A DNA stretch of 64,000 nucleotides from assembly GCF_009914755.1 (NCBI RefSeq), contig NC_060937.1. The stretch is one strand, 5' to 3'. This DNA is from the human T2T-CHM13v2.0 reference genome, Homo sapiens. A model generated the notes under the pieces. It ran no database searches, was not told the DNA's origin, and saw only the letters and a list, made by a program, of their open reading frames with translations. The position numbers and the translations under genes are program-made. Positions 1 to 16,377 of this stretch are shown in pieces. Each line of letters begins with the position of its first letter. Position 1 is the stretch's first letter.

Positions 1-584
1 ACCAAACATGCTACTTTGTACACCAAGAGACAAAAGTTTGGATGCAGATTTTCTGATTCCAAGTCCACTGCACTAACTATCCTGCAGTTGCCTTAAATGG
101 CACACTTCCTCCACTTCTGAGAATTTTTACCTACTTTACTATGTGGTCGCAATATGGACAGATCTACTCTTCTAAGACACACAGAGCTGGTCAAACCCTG
201 ACACTAGCATAAATGCATCTGTGTGGAACCATTACACATATCTGAGGGCTGGTGAAACAGGTCAGTGTTTCCCAGAGATGATACCAGTAATGAGATGGGT
301 GATTATCTCATGAAATAGGAGCCAGGAAAAATCATTTGTGTCTGTGTGAAATAATACAGAGCCAAAATTCTGTCGTCTTTTCTGGTAAATGGTATTTGTA
401 AAAACAATTACTTCTAGTTAGAATAATGAAAATGAATTTCAAACTCTGTCAATTTCAGGTTATTTCACAGTCACAGGAAGAGAGATGACATTTAGGGTCC
501 AGTACTTAGCAAGACTAATGTCAAGGATTTTGTTTTTGCTGTTTTTAATAAATCTTTTAAATGTTTTCCTAGAGGGAGAAGAGT

Positions 585-682
585 GTTTTGTTTGTTTTGC
601 TTTTTTTGTATAGATGGGGTCTTGCTATGTTGACTGGGTTGGTCTTGAAATTCTGACCTCAGTGATCCTCCCGCCTTGGCCT
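585..682 (-). mobile_element. FLAM/AluJ left-monomer fragment
   Basis: T-rich tail followed by tagatggggtcttgctatgttg...gatcctcccgccttggcct. Confidence 0.75.
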
Positions 683-922
683 TTTTAAAAAAAGAATCAT
701 AAACAAACATCCAGAAAGACAGATTCCAACAAAGATTCCAACCAATCTTTGTTAGAAGCAAAGATTGATAGGTGAAATTTTGCAGAAGTCCAGTTAGATT
801 TCTTCCTCGTAATAGCTGCTTGCCTCACTGTATGTCCATAATTAAGACTCCAAAGTAGTTACATCTTGTGAAGTCCAAGAATTGCAATTGTAATTATAAA
901 TTCTTTAAAAATATATCTTTGT

Positions 923-1213
923 GGCTGGGAGCAGTGGCTCATGCCTGTAATCCCAGCACTTTGGGAGGCCAAGGTTAGTGGATTGCTTGAGGACAGGAGT
1001 TTAAGACCAGCCTAGCCAACATGGTGAAACCCCATCTCTACTAAATATATAAAAATTAGCAGGGCGTGGTGTAGTCACACCTGTAGTCACAGCTGAGGCT
1101 GAGGCATGAGAATCACTTAACCCGGGAGGCGGAGGTTGCAGCGAGTCGACATCGAGCCACTGCACTCCAGCCTGGGAGACACAGCAAGATTGTCTAAAAT
1201 AAAATAAAATAAA
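923..1213 (+). mobile_element. Alu (S-class), full length
   Basis: ggctgggagcagtggctcatgcctgtaatcccagc start, A-rich tail, TSD-like atctttgt on both sides. Confidence 0.95.
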
Positions 1214-1549
1214 TCTTTGTGATTCCATTGTACCATGAGGAATTACAATTAGGAAAACCATGCAATTCTGACCTAAAGTCCAGATGCAAATTCAAGGAGC
1301 TGTTCCAGGAGGGAGGGTAACATTGCTCCCTTCATATCATTCCTTTCCACCATTGCTGGACTAGGATGAGCTACGGAGGTGTTAATGCTCTTAGTGGGCG
1401 TGCCAACTCTCAACTTACAGCCCCTGAGCTCCAAATCCACTTTTCATTGCCCTGTTTGTGATACTGGAACATTTCTCCCTGGCCAGCTGGCATGAGCTTA
1501 AGCCTTGTCAGTCCAGAGGGTTGGAGGAACACTGCAGAAGGAAGGCACT

Positions 1550-1896
1550 TGCTATGGTCTGAGTGTACTCCCCAGATTCATATGTTGGAACCTAATTCCC
1601 AATGTGATAGAATTAAGAGGTGAGGCCTTTGGGGAGTGATGAAGCCATGAGGGCTCCACCCTCATGGATGGGATTGGTGCCCTTATGAAAGAGGCTCAGG
1701 TAAACCTTCTGTTACGTGAGGATGCAATGGAAAGGCACCATCTTTGAAGCCAAGAGCCAACCCTCACAAGATGTTGAACCTGTTGGTGGTTTGATCTTGG
1801 ACTTCACAGCCTCCAGCATATAGGCAGTAAATTCCTATTGTTTATAAATGACACAGTCTAGCATATTTTGTTATTGCAGACTGAATGGACTAAACC
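1550..1896 (+). mobile_element. MaLR solo LTR (MLT1A-like)
   Basis: tgctatggtctgagtgt...cccttatgaaagagg...ttgatcttggacttcacagcctcc...gaatggactaa. Confidence 0.8.
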
Positions 1897-2411
1897 ATGG
1901 ATCTTTTGTTTGTTCTAGACACCCAGTGGTGCTCACCCTAGTGAGTTTCAGAGCCACCACCCCTCCAGTGGATTCCCGGTGATTTCCACATTTCAGCATC
2001 TCCCTGTAGGCAGTCATCTTTTTCCTGGTTCTCCAGTGGGCAGAGACTCATTGGGTTCCACCAGCGTGGAACCTTAGCAAATATCTCCATCACCCAGTGG
2101 GCATGGCTATACTGTCTTCAACAAGGTCTGGATCCCAGCCCTGGCTGGGGACGAGTTCCGTCTTCTGGGTTTCTTCCTGTCTTGGGTGCTCCGCCCCGAC
2201 CCTGGAGATAGTGGCTGTTCCTTCCACTTCCTTTACCTATATTCTTCAGGGTTCTCTCTATCCCTTAGGAGGTAATCCTCTGTTACACTGAATCATTCTA
2301 TACATTGAACTCCTCGTTTAAGTTACATGGTGGTTCATTTATCTTCACTGGATCCCGACTGACCCAGTGAGCTATACCCCTAATAATTCGTAGTAAAGGA
2401 TATCATAGTAA

Positions 2412-2689
<278 letters not shown>

Positions 2690-2910
2690 GAGGGTTTTTT
2701 ATATGATGACACTGTGTTAAGAACGTTACAAACATCTGATTTAATCATTTCAATAGCACTCCAATGTAGATATCATTATCTCCATTTTCAGATGAGGAAA
2801 TTCAGGTTCAGTGTTGCCCAAGTAAGAAATGAAAGACCTGGTCTAATAGACTCAAGGCCTGTGCTGTTAACCACTGTAATCTGAAGAATTACCATTAAGG
2901 AGGCAATGCA

Positions 2911-3222
2911 GGCCAGGCGTGGTGGCTCATGCCTGTAATCTCAGCACTTTAGGAGGCCAAGGTGAGCGGATCATTAGGTCAGGAGATCAAGACTATCCTG
3001 GCTAACACAGTGAAACCCCGTCTCTACTAAAAATACAAAAATAAAATTAGCCGGGCGTGGTGGCAGGCACCTGTAGTCCCAGCTACTCAGGAGGCTGAGG
3101 CAGGAGAATGGCATGAACCCAGGAGGCAGAGCTTGCAGTGAGCCGAGATGGTGCCACTGCACCACTCCAGCCTGGGCAACAGAGGCTGGAGTTTTTTTGA
3201 GACTCCATCTCAAAAAAAAAAG
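2911..3222 (+). mobile_element. AluY with an internal templated insertion
   Basis: Y-type motifs ctggctaacac, gagaatggc, gagcttgcag; TSD aggaggcaatgca at 2898-2910 and 3223-3235. Confidence 0.93.
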
Positions 3223-3989
3223 AGGAGGCAATGCAATCTTGACCTAAGGCATAAGTGCCAATGCATGGGTGTGGTCTCTAGTAGGCAGAGATGAACATGC
3301 CACTTTCATCCACAGCTGAAGTCACACGTTTTCTTGGATAAAACATAAATAAATTCAATTGGCTTCCCTCATAAGTATTCAGTCGGCTCTAGGGTAAACT
3401 GCCTTCTTTGATAGTTTTCAGCCAATCAACTTGTCCAAAGACAAAAAAATAAGGGCAATCTCTGGTTGGTCCACAGATAGTCTGAAGTTTTTATTTCATA
3501 AACCTTCCCTTGCCATTGTTCAGTGACATTTGATTTATAGGTGATTGATTGCCCTAGTATACAAGTAAGTTTCAGCTGGGCTTCTCACTAAACTCACTCG
3601 TCTGAATTATTCTTTGACAGTTATTTCTGGAGGACCTACTGAGATCTGCTCACTGGAATGTATTCATAGGAGCCTACAGAGACATGCAGTTTGTGAGCAC
3701 GCCTCATCGGGACCCCGTGGGTCAGAGCTTACCTTGTCTGGGTCCCTCTGGTGAGTATCATTTTGTAACACTTAAGCTCTTTGGATCTTGGGTGCTGATT
3801 ATACTTCCTGGCCAAGTCTAGTTCTTCTGTGTCCATGTCCATCTTGTGTGGGGACAGGGGAGCTGCCAAACAGATCAAATCATGACAATTCTCTGGAAGT
3901 GTGACTTTTGAAGAACCCCAAGGCCATCTTCTCCCGCCAGAAGCTGATAGGCTGCTAGCTTTCATAGCTACTGGGAGCCCCAGACTTGG

Positions 3990-4230
3990 TTTTCAAGACT
4001 ACTACAGTTACAGAGAAGGGGTGGGAATAGGGCAAATTAAACTGTCACAAAGATCATAGTTCTTACCAACATTCAACTGGTTTTCTTGAATAAACACTCC
4101 TTGGATCATCACAAGCCTTTGATTAATTTCCAGAGTTCTGAGAAAGTTAATTTTGACATTTTTGACCTGTGTTCTCATCGCTTTTAGGGAACAGGAGATT
4201 TTTGGAAATGCTAACTCTGTTATTCCAAAA
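3990..4230 (-). mobile_element. Old L1M 5'-end fragment (tentative)
   Basis: ttaatttccagagttctga...ttttgacatttttg...tgttctcatcgctttt resembles the reverse complement of L1M 5' termini. Confidence 0.4.
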
Positions 4231-4237
4231 GTGCTTT

Positions 4238-5617
4238 TGTGTCCGGAATTTGTGGGTTCTTGGTCTCACTGACTTCAAGAATGAAGCCGCAGACCCTCAC
4301 GGTGAGTGTTACAGTTCTTAAAGGTAGCATGTCTGGAGTTTGTTCCTTCTGATGTTCGGATGTGTTCGGAGTGTCTTCCTTCTGGTGGGTTTGTGGTCTC
4401 GCTGGCTCAGGAGTGAATCTGCAGACCTTCGCGGTGAGTGTTACAGCTGTTAAGGCGGCGCATCTGGAGTTGTTTGTTGCTCCTGGTGGGTTTGTGGTCT
4501 CGCTGGCTTCAGGAGTGAAGCTGCAGATCTTCACAGTGAGTGTTACAGCTCATAAAGGCAGTGTGGACCCAAAGAGTGAGCAGCAGCAACCTGTATTGCC
4601 AGGAGTGAAAGGACAAAGCTTTCTCAGTGCAGGAGGGGGACCTGAGCGGGTTGCCACTGCTAGCTCAGGCAGCCTGCTTTTATTCCCTTATCTGGCCCCA
4701 CCCACATCCTGCTGATTGGTCCATTTTACAGAGAGCTGATTGGTCCGTTTTGACAGGGTGCTGATTGGTGCATTTACAATCCCAGAGCTAGACACAAAAG
4801 TTCTCCACCTCCCCACTAGATTAGCTAGATACAGAGTGTGGACACAAAAGTCCTCCATGTCCCCACTAGATTAGCTAGATACAGAGTGTCGATTGGTGTA
4901 TTCACAAACCCTGAGCTAGACGCAGGGTGCTGATTGGTGTGTTTACAAACCTTGAGCTAGATACAGAGTGCCCATTGGTGTATTTACAATCCCTTAGCTA
5001 GACATAAAGGTTCTCCAAGTCCCCACCAGACTCAGGAGCCCAGCTGGCTTCACCCAGTGGATCCTGCACCCGGGCAGCAGGTGGAGCTGCCTGCCAGTCC
5101 TGCGCTGTGCGCCCACACTCCTCAGCCCTTGGGTGGTCGATGGGACTGGGTGCTGTGGAGCAGGGGATGGTGCCTGGTCGGGGAGGCTCAGGCCGCGCAG
5201 GAGCCCACGGCGGCGGGGGAGACTCAGGCATGGCAGGCTGCAGGTCCCAAGCCCTGCCCCGCCAGGAGGCAGCTAAGTCCCGGCGAGAAGTCGAGCACAG
5301 CAGCTCTTGGCCCAGGTGCTAAGCCCCTCACTGCCTGGGGCCGGCGGGGCCTGCCGGCCGCTCACAGTGCAGGGCCCGCCAAGCCCACGCCCACCCGGAA
5401 CAGCCCCGGTTCCCGCCCGTGCCTCTCCCTCCACACCTCTCCGCAAGCTGAGAGAGGTGTGGCCAAGCTCCCGCCTTGGCCAGCCCAGAAAGGGGCTCCC
5501 ACAGTGCAGAGGCGGGCTGAAGCGCTCCTCAAATGAGGCCAGAGTGGGCGCCAAGGCTGAGGGAGTGCTGAGAGCGAGCGAGGGCTGTGAGGGTTGCCAG
5601 CACGCTGTCACCTCTCA
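4238..5617 (-). mobile_element. ERV9 solo LTR, LTR12C-like (1380 bp)
   Basis: Termini tgtgtccggaatt...cacgctgtcacctctca (TG...CA); perfect 4-bp TSD cttt at 4234-4237 and 5618-5621; tandem U5 repeats and CpG-rich U3. Confidence 0.95.
4650..4985 (-). promoter_or_regulatory. LTR12C U3 promoter/enhancer: six CCAAT (NF-Y-type) boxes and an AATAAAA TATA-like box
   Basis: attgg on + within 4711-4720, 4736-4744, 4761-4770, 4891-4900, 4931-4940 and 4971-4980; ttttatt at 4678-4684; matches the known ERV9 LTR promoter layout. Confidence 0.75.
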
Positions 5618-6218
5618 CTTTGACAAAAAGGTTTAAGTAAATCCTAAATTTGAACCCTTAATTTGACTAAGAGTCTTTCTAAATAAGTACAGCAGAAAAC
5701 AGCACAAAACAAAAATAACAGAAATCTGCTGTAAATTCCACAAGAATTGCTGTATCTTGCCCGAGGAGATTTTCCATTGTATGAGTATGAAGCTATGTTT
5801 CTAAACAGATACATTAGTAGTATTATATACAAAAAATAACTCTGGCTCCCACCTGCATGTCCCCCCACTTAAGAATCCCTGGGCTCAATGCCTGTGAAGA
5901 CCCTTCCCTATATGAGCATGTTATAACTCATGACACATGTCACATAAAATCCACTGCAGTTTGCATATTGACATGTGTGCAAATTCCAATATGAAGTGTT
6001 TACAACCTTAAGTCCAAGAATTTGTGGGAAATAAAAACAAGTCAGAGAGTCACATGCCCATTTGTATGAGAGATTCTGCTTATCTGACTATTCTTGAACC
6101 CTTCTATTTTTTCCTAGTTTTAATAGTTTTGTTTCTATCTAGTTGTTATCCTCATTAAAATTACGCATGAATAGAATTTCCTCAGTTGAATAATCCTGTG
6201 AGGCTTGATCTGCAAAAT

Positions 6219-6530
6219 GGCCAGGCACAGTGGCTCCTCCCTGTAGTCCCACCGCTTTGGGAGGTTGAGACGGGATGATTGTTCGAGCCCAGGGTTTCAA
6301 GACCAGCCTGGGCGACAGAGCAAGACGCCATCTCTACAAAATATAAAAAATTAGCTGGGTGTGGTGGTACGTACCCATAAGATTATTCGGGAAGTTGAGG
6401 CAGGAGGATCACTTGAACCCAGAGGGCTGAGGCTGCAGTGAGCTATGATTGTGCCACTGTACTACCTCCTGGGTGACAGAACAAGACACTGTCTCTAAAA
6501 AAAACAAAAGAAAGAAAGAAAAAAAGAAAA
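6219..6530 (+). mobile_element. AluJ
   Basis: Diverged dimer with J-type gagcccagg and gaggctgcagtgagctatgatt; A/GAAA tail. Confidence 0.9.
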
Positions 6531-6539
6531 GCAACCATC

Positions 6540-7650
<1,111 letters not shown>

Positions 7651-8265
7651 TCTTGTTTAGGAACCTGAAATCACTCCATTCTTTGCCTACAGTTGTGAAA
7701 TAAATACCATCGGAGGAAAGTGATCATTTCACAACCCTTCCCATTCTTTCATCTTCCTTCCCCTCACCTAATTTTTCACTGTTGTTGCACTGAAGATGTG
7801 AACAACGATGTTTGGCACTGAAGCCAAATAAACCAGAAACACCACACTGCAGTTAGACAAGAGAAGTTTGCTGTGTACCCAGCACTGTTGGGAGATGCAG
7901 AGAAGCCAGAGGTGGTATTCTCATTCACAGAAGACACCTAAGCATAGGAACAAATGCACAACGTCATCAGAAATAAGCATCATTAATCGCATGTTTTCTC
8001 TGTGTGCAAAAAAGGCCTAATGCCCCCCATAGCTATGGGCCAGTGGATCAGGAATTTTCTAGAAGTGACAACGTTTTTACATGGATTCATTTCTTACAAT
8101 TCAGAGTTCCGTTTATTTGAAGTAGAGCAACAACAAAATGCTCAAAGAATGAGATCCTACAGTATCAACTGTACACAGCCAGACAGGACAGAGCCCCTCA
8201 AGAGTGGGCTTGGAAATGGCTCAAGAAAGCCTCACCTGATATACATGAAGCAAGATTGGTTACGG

Positions 8266-8911
<646 letters not shown>

Positions 8912-9662
8912 TGACAGGTACATGAGAGTCTATTAATTTTTCTCCACGTAAGTTTCAAAATTTTTTATAGCTAAAATAATGTTTGAAGAGGGAGGAGGTA
9001 AGAAAGCTTCATCCAAGTGTTCTGCTTCACTTATCAGCCTCACTATTAGGAATTATTTAGTAATTAACTGTCATAAACTCCTCGTGTTGGCCAAAAATAT
9101 TCATCCAGTCCATGGTAAATTTTCTGTGTGGCAAGACTCACCTCTGCCTTTTCAAACTTGTGTGCACACACTATACACATATACTCACAGTCATTCACAC
9201 ACACTCACACCTCCCCACTGCACTACCGCCCTCAGGGTGTCGTTTTAGGCACTGTGGGAGCTCTCCGGCATGGCAGAGAGATGACTAGAAGCACAGGCAG
9301 GAAGTACATGCACTAACACCTTTGGCAAATCCTGTCTTCCCCAGGCCTCCGTTTCTGCATCTGAAAGAGGGGTCATTGCCATAAGGACTAAGGATTTCTC
9401 CCATGATCCTCTGGTTAAATGACCTGCTGGGGCTATGGCCCATGGTCTTACTTGCATCTTGCTCTTCACAGTTGGCCACAGGCTAGAGCACATTGTTTGA
9501 CAAGAGGCTGGACAAGTGGACCAAGAGAATGTGCTAGGTGCAGTGATGGGAATGGAGAGGGCTTTATCAAGGGATGCTTTCCTTGGTGATTTTGTGAATG
9601 TCTGTGATGGCAATGATGGTCTTCTGAAAATACTGCAACTAAGAATTAAGAAAGCCTCAAAT

Positions 9663-9998
<336 letters not shown>

Positions 9999-10419
9999 TC
10001 ACGTGTCTACCTGCACTGTCTCTCTGGCATCTGTTCACTGATTTCTTTTCCTTCTTCCCCATAGAGGAGCTTGAAGTGTGTTCTGTACCTACTCACTTAG
10101 AGCCTGGTCTAGAGTCCCATTTGATGTTGGGTGCCAGATCCAGCCATTCATATCCACCAGTTTACCTCTGCATAAACTGGTGCCTGTGGCAAAGGACCCA
10201 CCCATGTGCAGAAAGGTTTAGCACAATCTTATTGGTAAAAGCAAAATCACAGAGTTGATTTCCACCTACAGGGAAATGGTAAATCACATGGGTCCACTCA
10301 CACTGTGGTCTTGCGCTGCTTAAAGGGCAGGTGCTGCTGTAAACGTGGATGTATTGAGTGAGGCTATGTGAAATGAGCTTCTACGTGTAAACACAGGGAC
10401 TCAGGTATAATAATACAAA

Positions 10420-11010
<591 letters not shown>

Positions 11011-11013
11011 GAG

Positions 11014-11046
<33 letters not shown>

Positions 11047-11135
11047 GCACACACAAACACGCACACACACAAACACACACAAACACACACAAACACACAT
11101 GCATGCACACACACACAAACACACACACACTCACA
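11014..11135. repeat. Imperfect (CA)n microsatellite, about 120 bp
   Basis: cacacacac with caaa, cgca and tgca interruptions. Confidence 0.95.
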
Positions 11136-11239
11136 TGCATAGAACATTTCTGGAAGGATGTAAGTATCAGTGGCTACCTTGAGGGAGGGTGGTCTTAGCG
11201 GGTGGGTGACTTAAGTAAGAACAAAATATTTATAATTGA

Positions 11240-11729
<490 letters not shown>

Positions 11730-11757
11730 GACAGTTTGCCATTAACCTTAAATCCTA

Positions 11758-12073
11758 ATATAGATTGAACATTTGTGTCCCTCCCAAATTCACGTCCCGG
11801 ATTCCTCCCAGGGTGGCAGTATTAGGAGATGGGGACTTTGGGGACTGATTGGGTCATGACGGCAAAGCCTCATGAATGGGACTCGTGCCCTTATAGAAGA
11901 GGGCCCAGAGAGCTCCCTTGTCCCTTCTACCATATGAGGACACAGCTAGAAGGTGTCTGTGAACGCCTTGATCTTGGATTTCCCAGCCCCCAGAACTGTG
12001 AGAAATAAATTTCTGCTGTTTATAAGTCACCCATTCTATGACATTCTGTTTAGCAGCCTGAACAACTAAGACA
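11758..12073 (+). mobile_element. MaLR solo LTR (MLT1A0-like)
   Basis: gcagtattaggagatgggg...cagaactgtgagaaataaatttctg...ctaagaca. Confidence 0.82.
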
Positions 12074-12317
12074 AATCACTAAAAAATAAAAATTTCATGA
12101 AAATGAATTATTATATTTAGCTGTAGTTAATGTCATCTTTTTAAAATTATAGCATGAGAGTAGCTTTAATAACATTTGTATGATAAAATAATTCCCCTCT
12201 AATAATAATTACACTTATTTCTACAAACCAGTTATTAAGCCCAGATTTACCAGTGTCAAGAAAGATTTTCAGTATTTCCTTGTGCCTGGCATAGCACAAA
12301 AGCATTGCACATAGTAA

Positions 12318-12630
<313 letters not shown>

Positions 12631-12964
12631 TACACATTACTTTTATGTCTGTAATGTGACCCAGTGGAAAATCTGAAACGTGACCAACGGTCCTTCTAAT
12701 TCATAGAACTATGGTTGTAACAAATCACAGATGAGTCAATCCTGCCTCAAGTGTTTGGTATGAAAAATTCATGAAGTGGCTTATGGACTCCCTAGAGAAT
12801 GTTAAAAGTTGCTCATGAAGCCAGCTGCCTGAATGATGTGATAACTTAACAGTAGGAAATTGTTTCAAACTGACCACTGAGCCAAGAAGTTTCTCAGGAA
12901 TTCGTGGAATCAGATTGTTGAAAGAGCTCTCCAGCCACCTGCCAGTCTACTCATTCTCAGGTCT

Positions 12965-13120
12965 AACTGGCCCTCAGAATAGTCTGGGGGTCTTTATGTT
13001 GTTGTTGTTTTTAATACAGATTGCTGGGTTCTCCCCAGAAAGTTTAGTAGCTCTGGGGTGGGACCCAAGCATTTGCAATCCATTGCAGTTGATTTCTGCA
13101 AATTTGGGAAGCGCTGGTCT
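12965..13120. mobile_element. MER5-like hAT MITE, degraded
   Basis: aatacagattgctggg...ctggggtgggacccaagcatttgca. Confidence 0.5.
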
Positions 13121-13320
13121 GGTTGATCTATTTACCAATACAGTTGTAACTCATCTCATTGTGCGGCTGTGATTGACCTGGGTAGACAGTGAATAATGAA
13201 ATGCCCTATAACACTTTTAAGGACATATCCTGCTGCATTGAAATAGACTATATGAATTACAAAATAGGAAATAATGATTCATGGGTTCATCACTTTCTAG
13301 TTAATAAAAGGTATTTGCAA

Positions 13321-13619
13321 GGCTGGGCATGGTGGCTCATGCCTGTAATCCCAGCACTGGGAGGTAGAGGCGGGTGGATGACTTGAGGTCAGGAGTTTGA
13401 GACCAGCCTGGCCAACATGGTGACACTCCGTCTTTACTAAAATAATATAAAAATTAGCCAGGCGTGGTGGTGCAAGCCTGTAATGCCAGCACTTCGGGAG
13501 GCTGAGGCAGGAGAATCTACCTTAACCTGGGAGGTAGAGGTTTCAGTGAGCCGAGATCATGCCACTGCACTCCAGGCAGGACAACAGAGCGAGACTCTGT
13601 CTCAAAAAAAAAAAAAAAA
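13321..13619 (+). mobile_element. AluS
   Basis: Full dimer; TSD aaaaggtatttgca. Confidence 0.95.
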
Positions 13620-13649
13620 GGTATTTGCAGATGTCATAATAGAGGATAT

Positions 13650-13900
13650 ACAGTGTAGTGCTCAAGGTTCTGGAGTCAGGCCGTTTAGCTTCAAATCCCA
13701 GCTCCACTTTTTCCTATCCATGGGACCTTGGACTCATTTTCCTGGTTTCATCATCTGGGCCTCATTTTCTTCATCTACAAAAATGGTGGGAGCAGAGGAC
13801 TCTCATGGAGTTTGCTGTGAAGCTTGAATGAGTTAATACTTTTAAGCCCTCAAATCACAGTCTGACATTTAGTAATTACTTGGCAGATATTCACTGTTAT
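13650..13900 (+). mobile_element. MIR
   Basis: tctggagtcagg...ttcaaatcccagctccac...cctcattttcttcatctacaaaatgg...aatgagttaatac. Confidence 0.7.
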
Positions 13901-14548
13901 TTTATGTGATCCTCACAAGGTGTATTTCCACAGTTTTATGACTACGGAAATTGAAGTTTGGAGAGTTTAAATTGCTTGCCCCAGGTCAGATGAAAAAATA
14001 GTGGAAACTTAAAACCAGATTTCCTGACTTCAGATTCTATGCTACCTGGCTTTTAAGTATTTATTATTTAACATTTTAGATTTGTCTCTCATTCTTGCCA
14101 AGAGGATTTGTGATAAGAATTTACTATTGATTGTCTGGACGATTCTAGAACTATACGAAAAAGCAGAAAGATATACGTCAACAAGAGAGATAACTCTCAT
14201 CAAAAACAGCTATTGACCAAGTAGGAGAGGCTTTAAACATAACAAGTAAATGACATGTGTAAGGATATGCATGGGTGTGAGGTTGACTTAGGTAAGTGAG
14301 GTTATGACAAAAATAACAGATCGAGTGTGCTTTTGCCTGATCTGCTACCAATGAGGGTGACATCCAAATTCAGACAAGGGAGGAAGTTACTACATTTTAC
14401 ATGGACAGTTTCCGAGTACCCATTTAGCCTCTGTTGGAGACCCTGGGTAGACTATTACCATATCATTGTAAAGATACAGCCCCCTCAAATAAATACAATG
14501 GATTTCAGCTCAACACAGGGATGAAATTGAAGAGACCTCCCCCTCAGT

Positions 14549-14868
14549 GTTTGTTTGTTTTTGTTTTGTTTTGTTTTCTTTTGAGATGGGGTCTTGCTTT
14601 GTCCCCCAGGCTGGAGTGCAGTGGCGCCATCTTGGCTCACTCACTGCCGCCTCCATCTGCCAGGTTCAAGCGATTCTCCTGCCTCAGCCTCCTGAGTAGT
14701 TGGGATTACAGGCATGTACCACCATGCCTGGCTAATTTTTGTATTTTTAGTAGACATGGGGTTTTGCCATGTTGGCCAGGCTGGTCTCGAACTCCTGACC
14801 TCAGGTGATCCTCTCCCTTCGGCCTCCAAAAATGCTGGGAATACATGTATGAGCCACTGCACCTGGCC
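14549..14868 (-). mobile_element. AluS
   Basis: Full dimer; TSD ccctcagt. Confidence 0.95.
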
Positions 14869-15001
14869 CCCCTCAGTATTATTGGCCATATGAAAACAGA
14901 AAATTACAAGCCCCATAGTTTTTAATTCAACCTTGCCAAGAGGTTATAACTGAAGCCAGTAACTACAGACCCTGGTTGCCATTTGTTTTTTTAAAAATTC
15001 A

Positions 15002-15142
15002 GGCTGGGCACGGTGGCTCACGCCTGTAATCCCAGCACTTTGGGAGGCTGAGGTGGGTGGATCATGAGATCAGGAGTTCGAGACCAGCCTGGCCAATATG
15101 GTGAAACCCCATCTCTACTAAAAAAAAGACAAAAAAAAAAAA
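15002..15142 (+). mobile_element. AluS left arm only, flanked by a TSD
   Basis: Left monomer ending in an A-run; TSD aaaaattca at 14993-15001 and 15138-15146. Confidence 0.88.
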
Positions 15143-15939
15143 TTCAAAGAATTGGGGCAGCTGACGTGGTTCTTTGAGATGACAAGCTTTCAGCCAGCCA
15201 TTAGGCTCTCTAAATAGACAAGGAAAAGGTTACCAAATATTTACAAAACTGTTATCGTAAAAGTGAAATTAAATCTATATTCTGCATCTCGTTATCTTAA
15301 AGTTGAGTTTTAAAATTCTTTGTTAAAAATAGTGAAGAGCTTTCTCATAAATTAAGAGGTTATTTTTAGTAATTCTAAGGAGTACTTGTAATTTAGATTC
15401 TAAATATGTGTTATGTGAAACTTGGTTCATTAGAATTTTTCATGGAGAAAACTTTATTCTCTTCAAATTTATAGTTTATTTCCAGTTTATAACTATGATT
15501 GAAGTAGGGATTGATTTTACTACTGCATTTGTAATAATTTACTAGGTGTTCACTAATCTAGCTTTATTTAACTAAAGATCTGTGTAAACTCTCTTAAACT
15601 TAGGAAAAAGGCTAAAGACATTTATCACTTGTAAAATTCTGTTTTTGTTTTTTTTTTTTTTTTACAAATGAAAATAAAAGGTCTCTAATTGAGTAAAACT
15701 CTTGACATATGTATTAGTAGGTAGTCAGAAATGACTTGGAAGTTTTGACCAAAATATAGCGTGCCTGCATTTGGGTGTTGAAATCAGCTGCACAAAAATC
15801 AGTATGAGAGGAGAGAGAATGAGTTCCGTGGGGTGTGGCTGATTACAAGCTAATAAGCCAGCAGGGTGGTAAGTCTGCTAGAAGCTTCAAGGCAGTCTTG
15901 TGCTCTATCCACAGAGGTGCAGAGAACAGAGGAAGGTGA

Positions 15940-16325
<386 letters not shown>

Positions 16326-16377
16326 GACCCAAGCACCATATTTTAAGAGGAAACTCAAGAGTGCAGAGTGTGGCCCT

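Noticed and set aside
4245-5010. Periodic repeats with variable spacing, superficially CRISPR-like (also 37950-38570)
   Set aside because: These are the normal U5 and U3 tandem subunits of ERV9 LTR12; intervening sequences are homologous rather than unique spacers, and no cas genes are present.
4220-5636. Cluster of overlapping 70-159 aa ORFs
   Set aside because: They lie in the GC-rich LTR12C, where stop codons are scarce; no gag, pol or env similarity.
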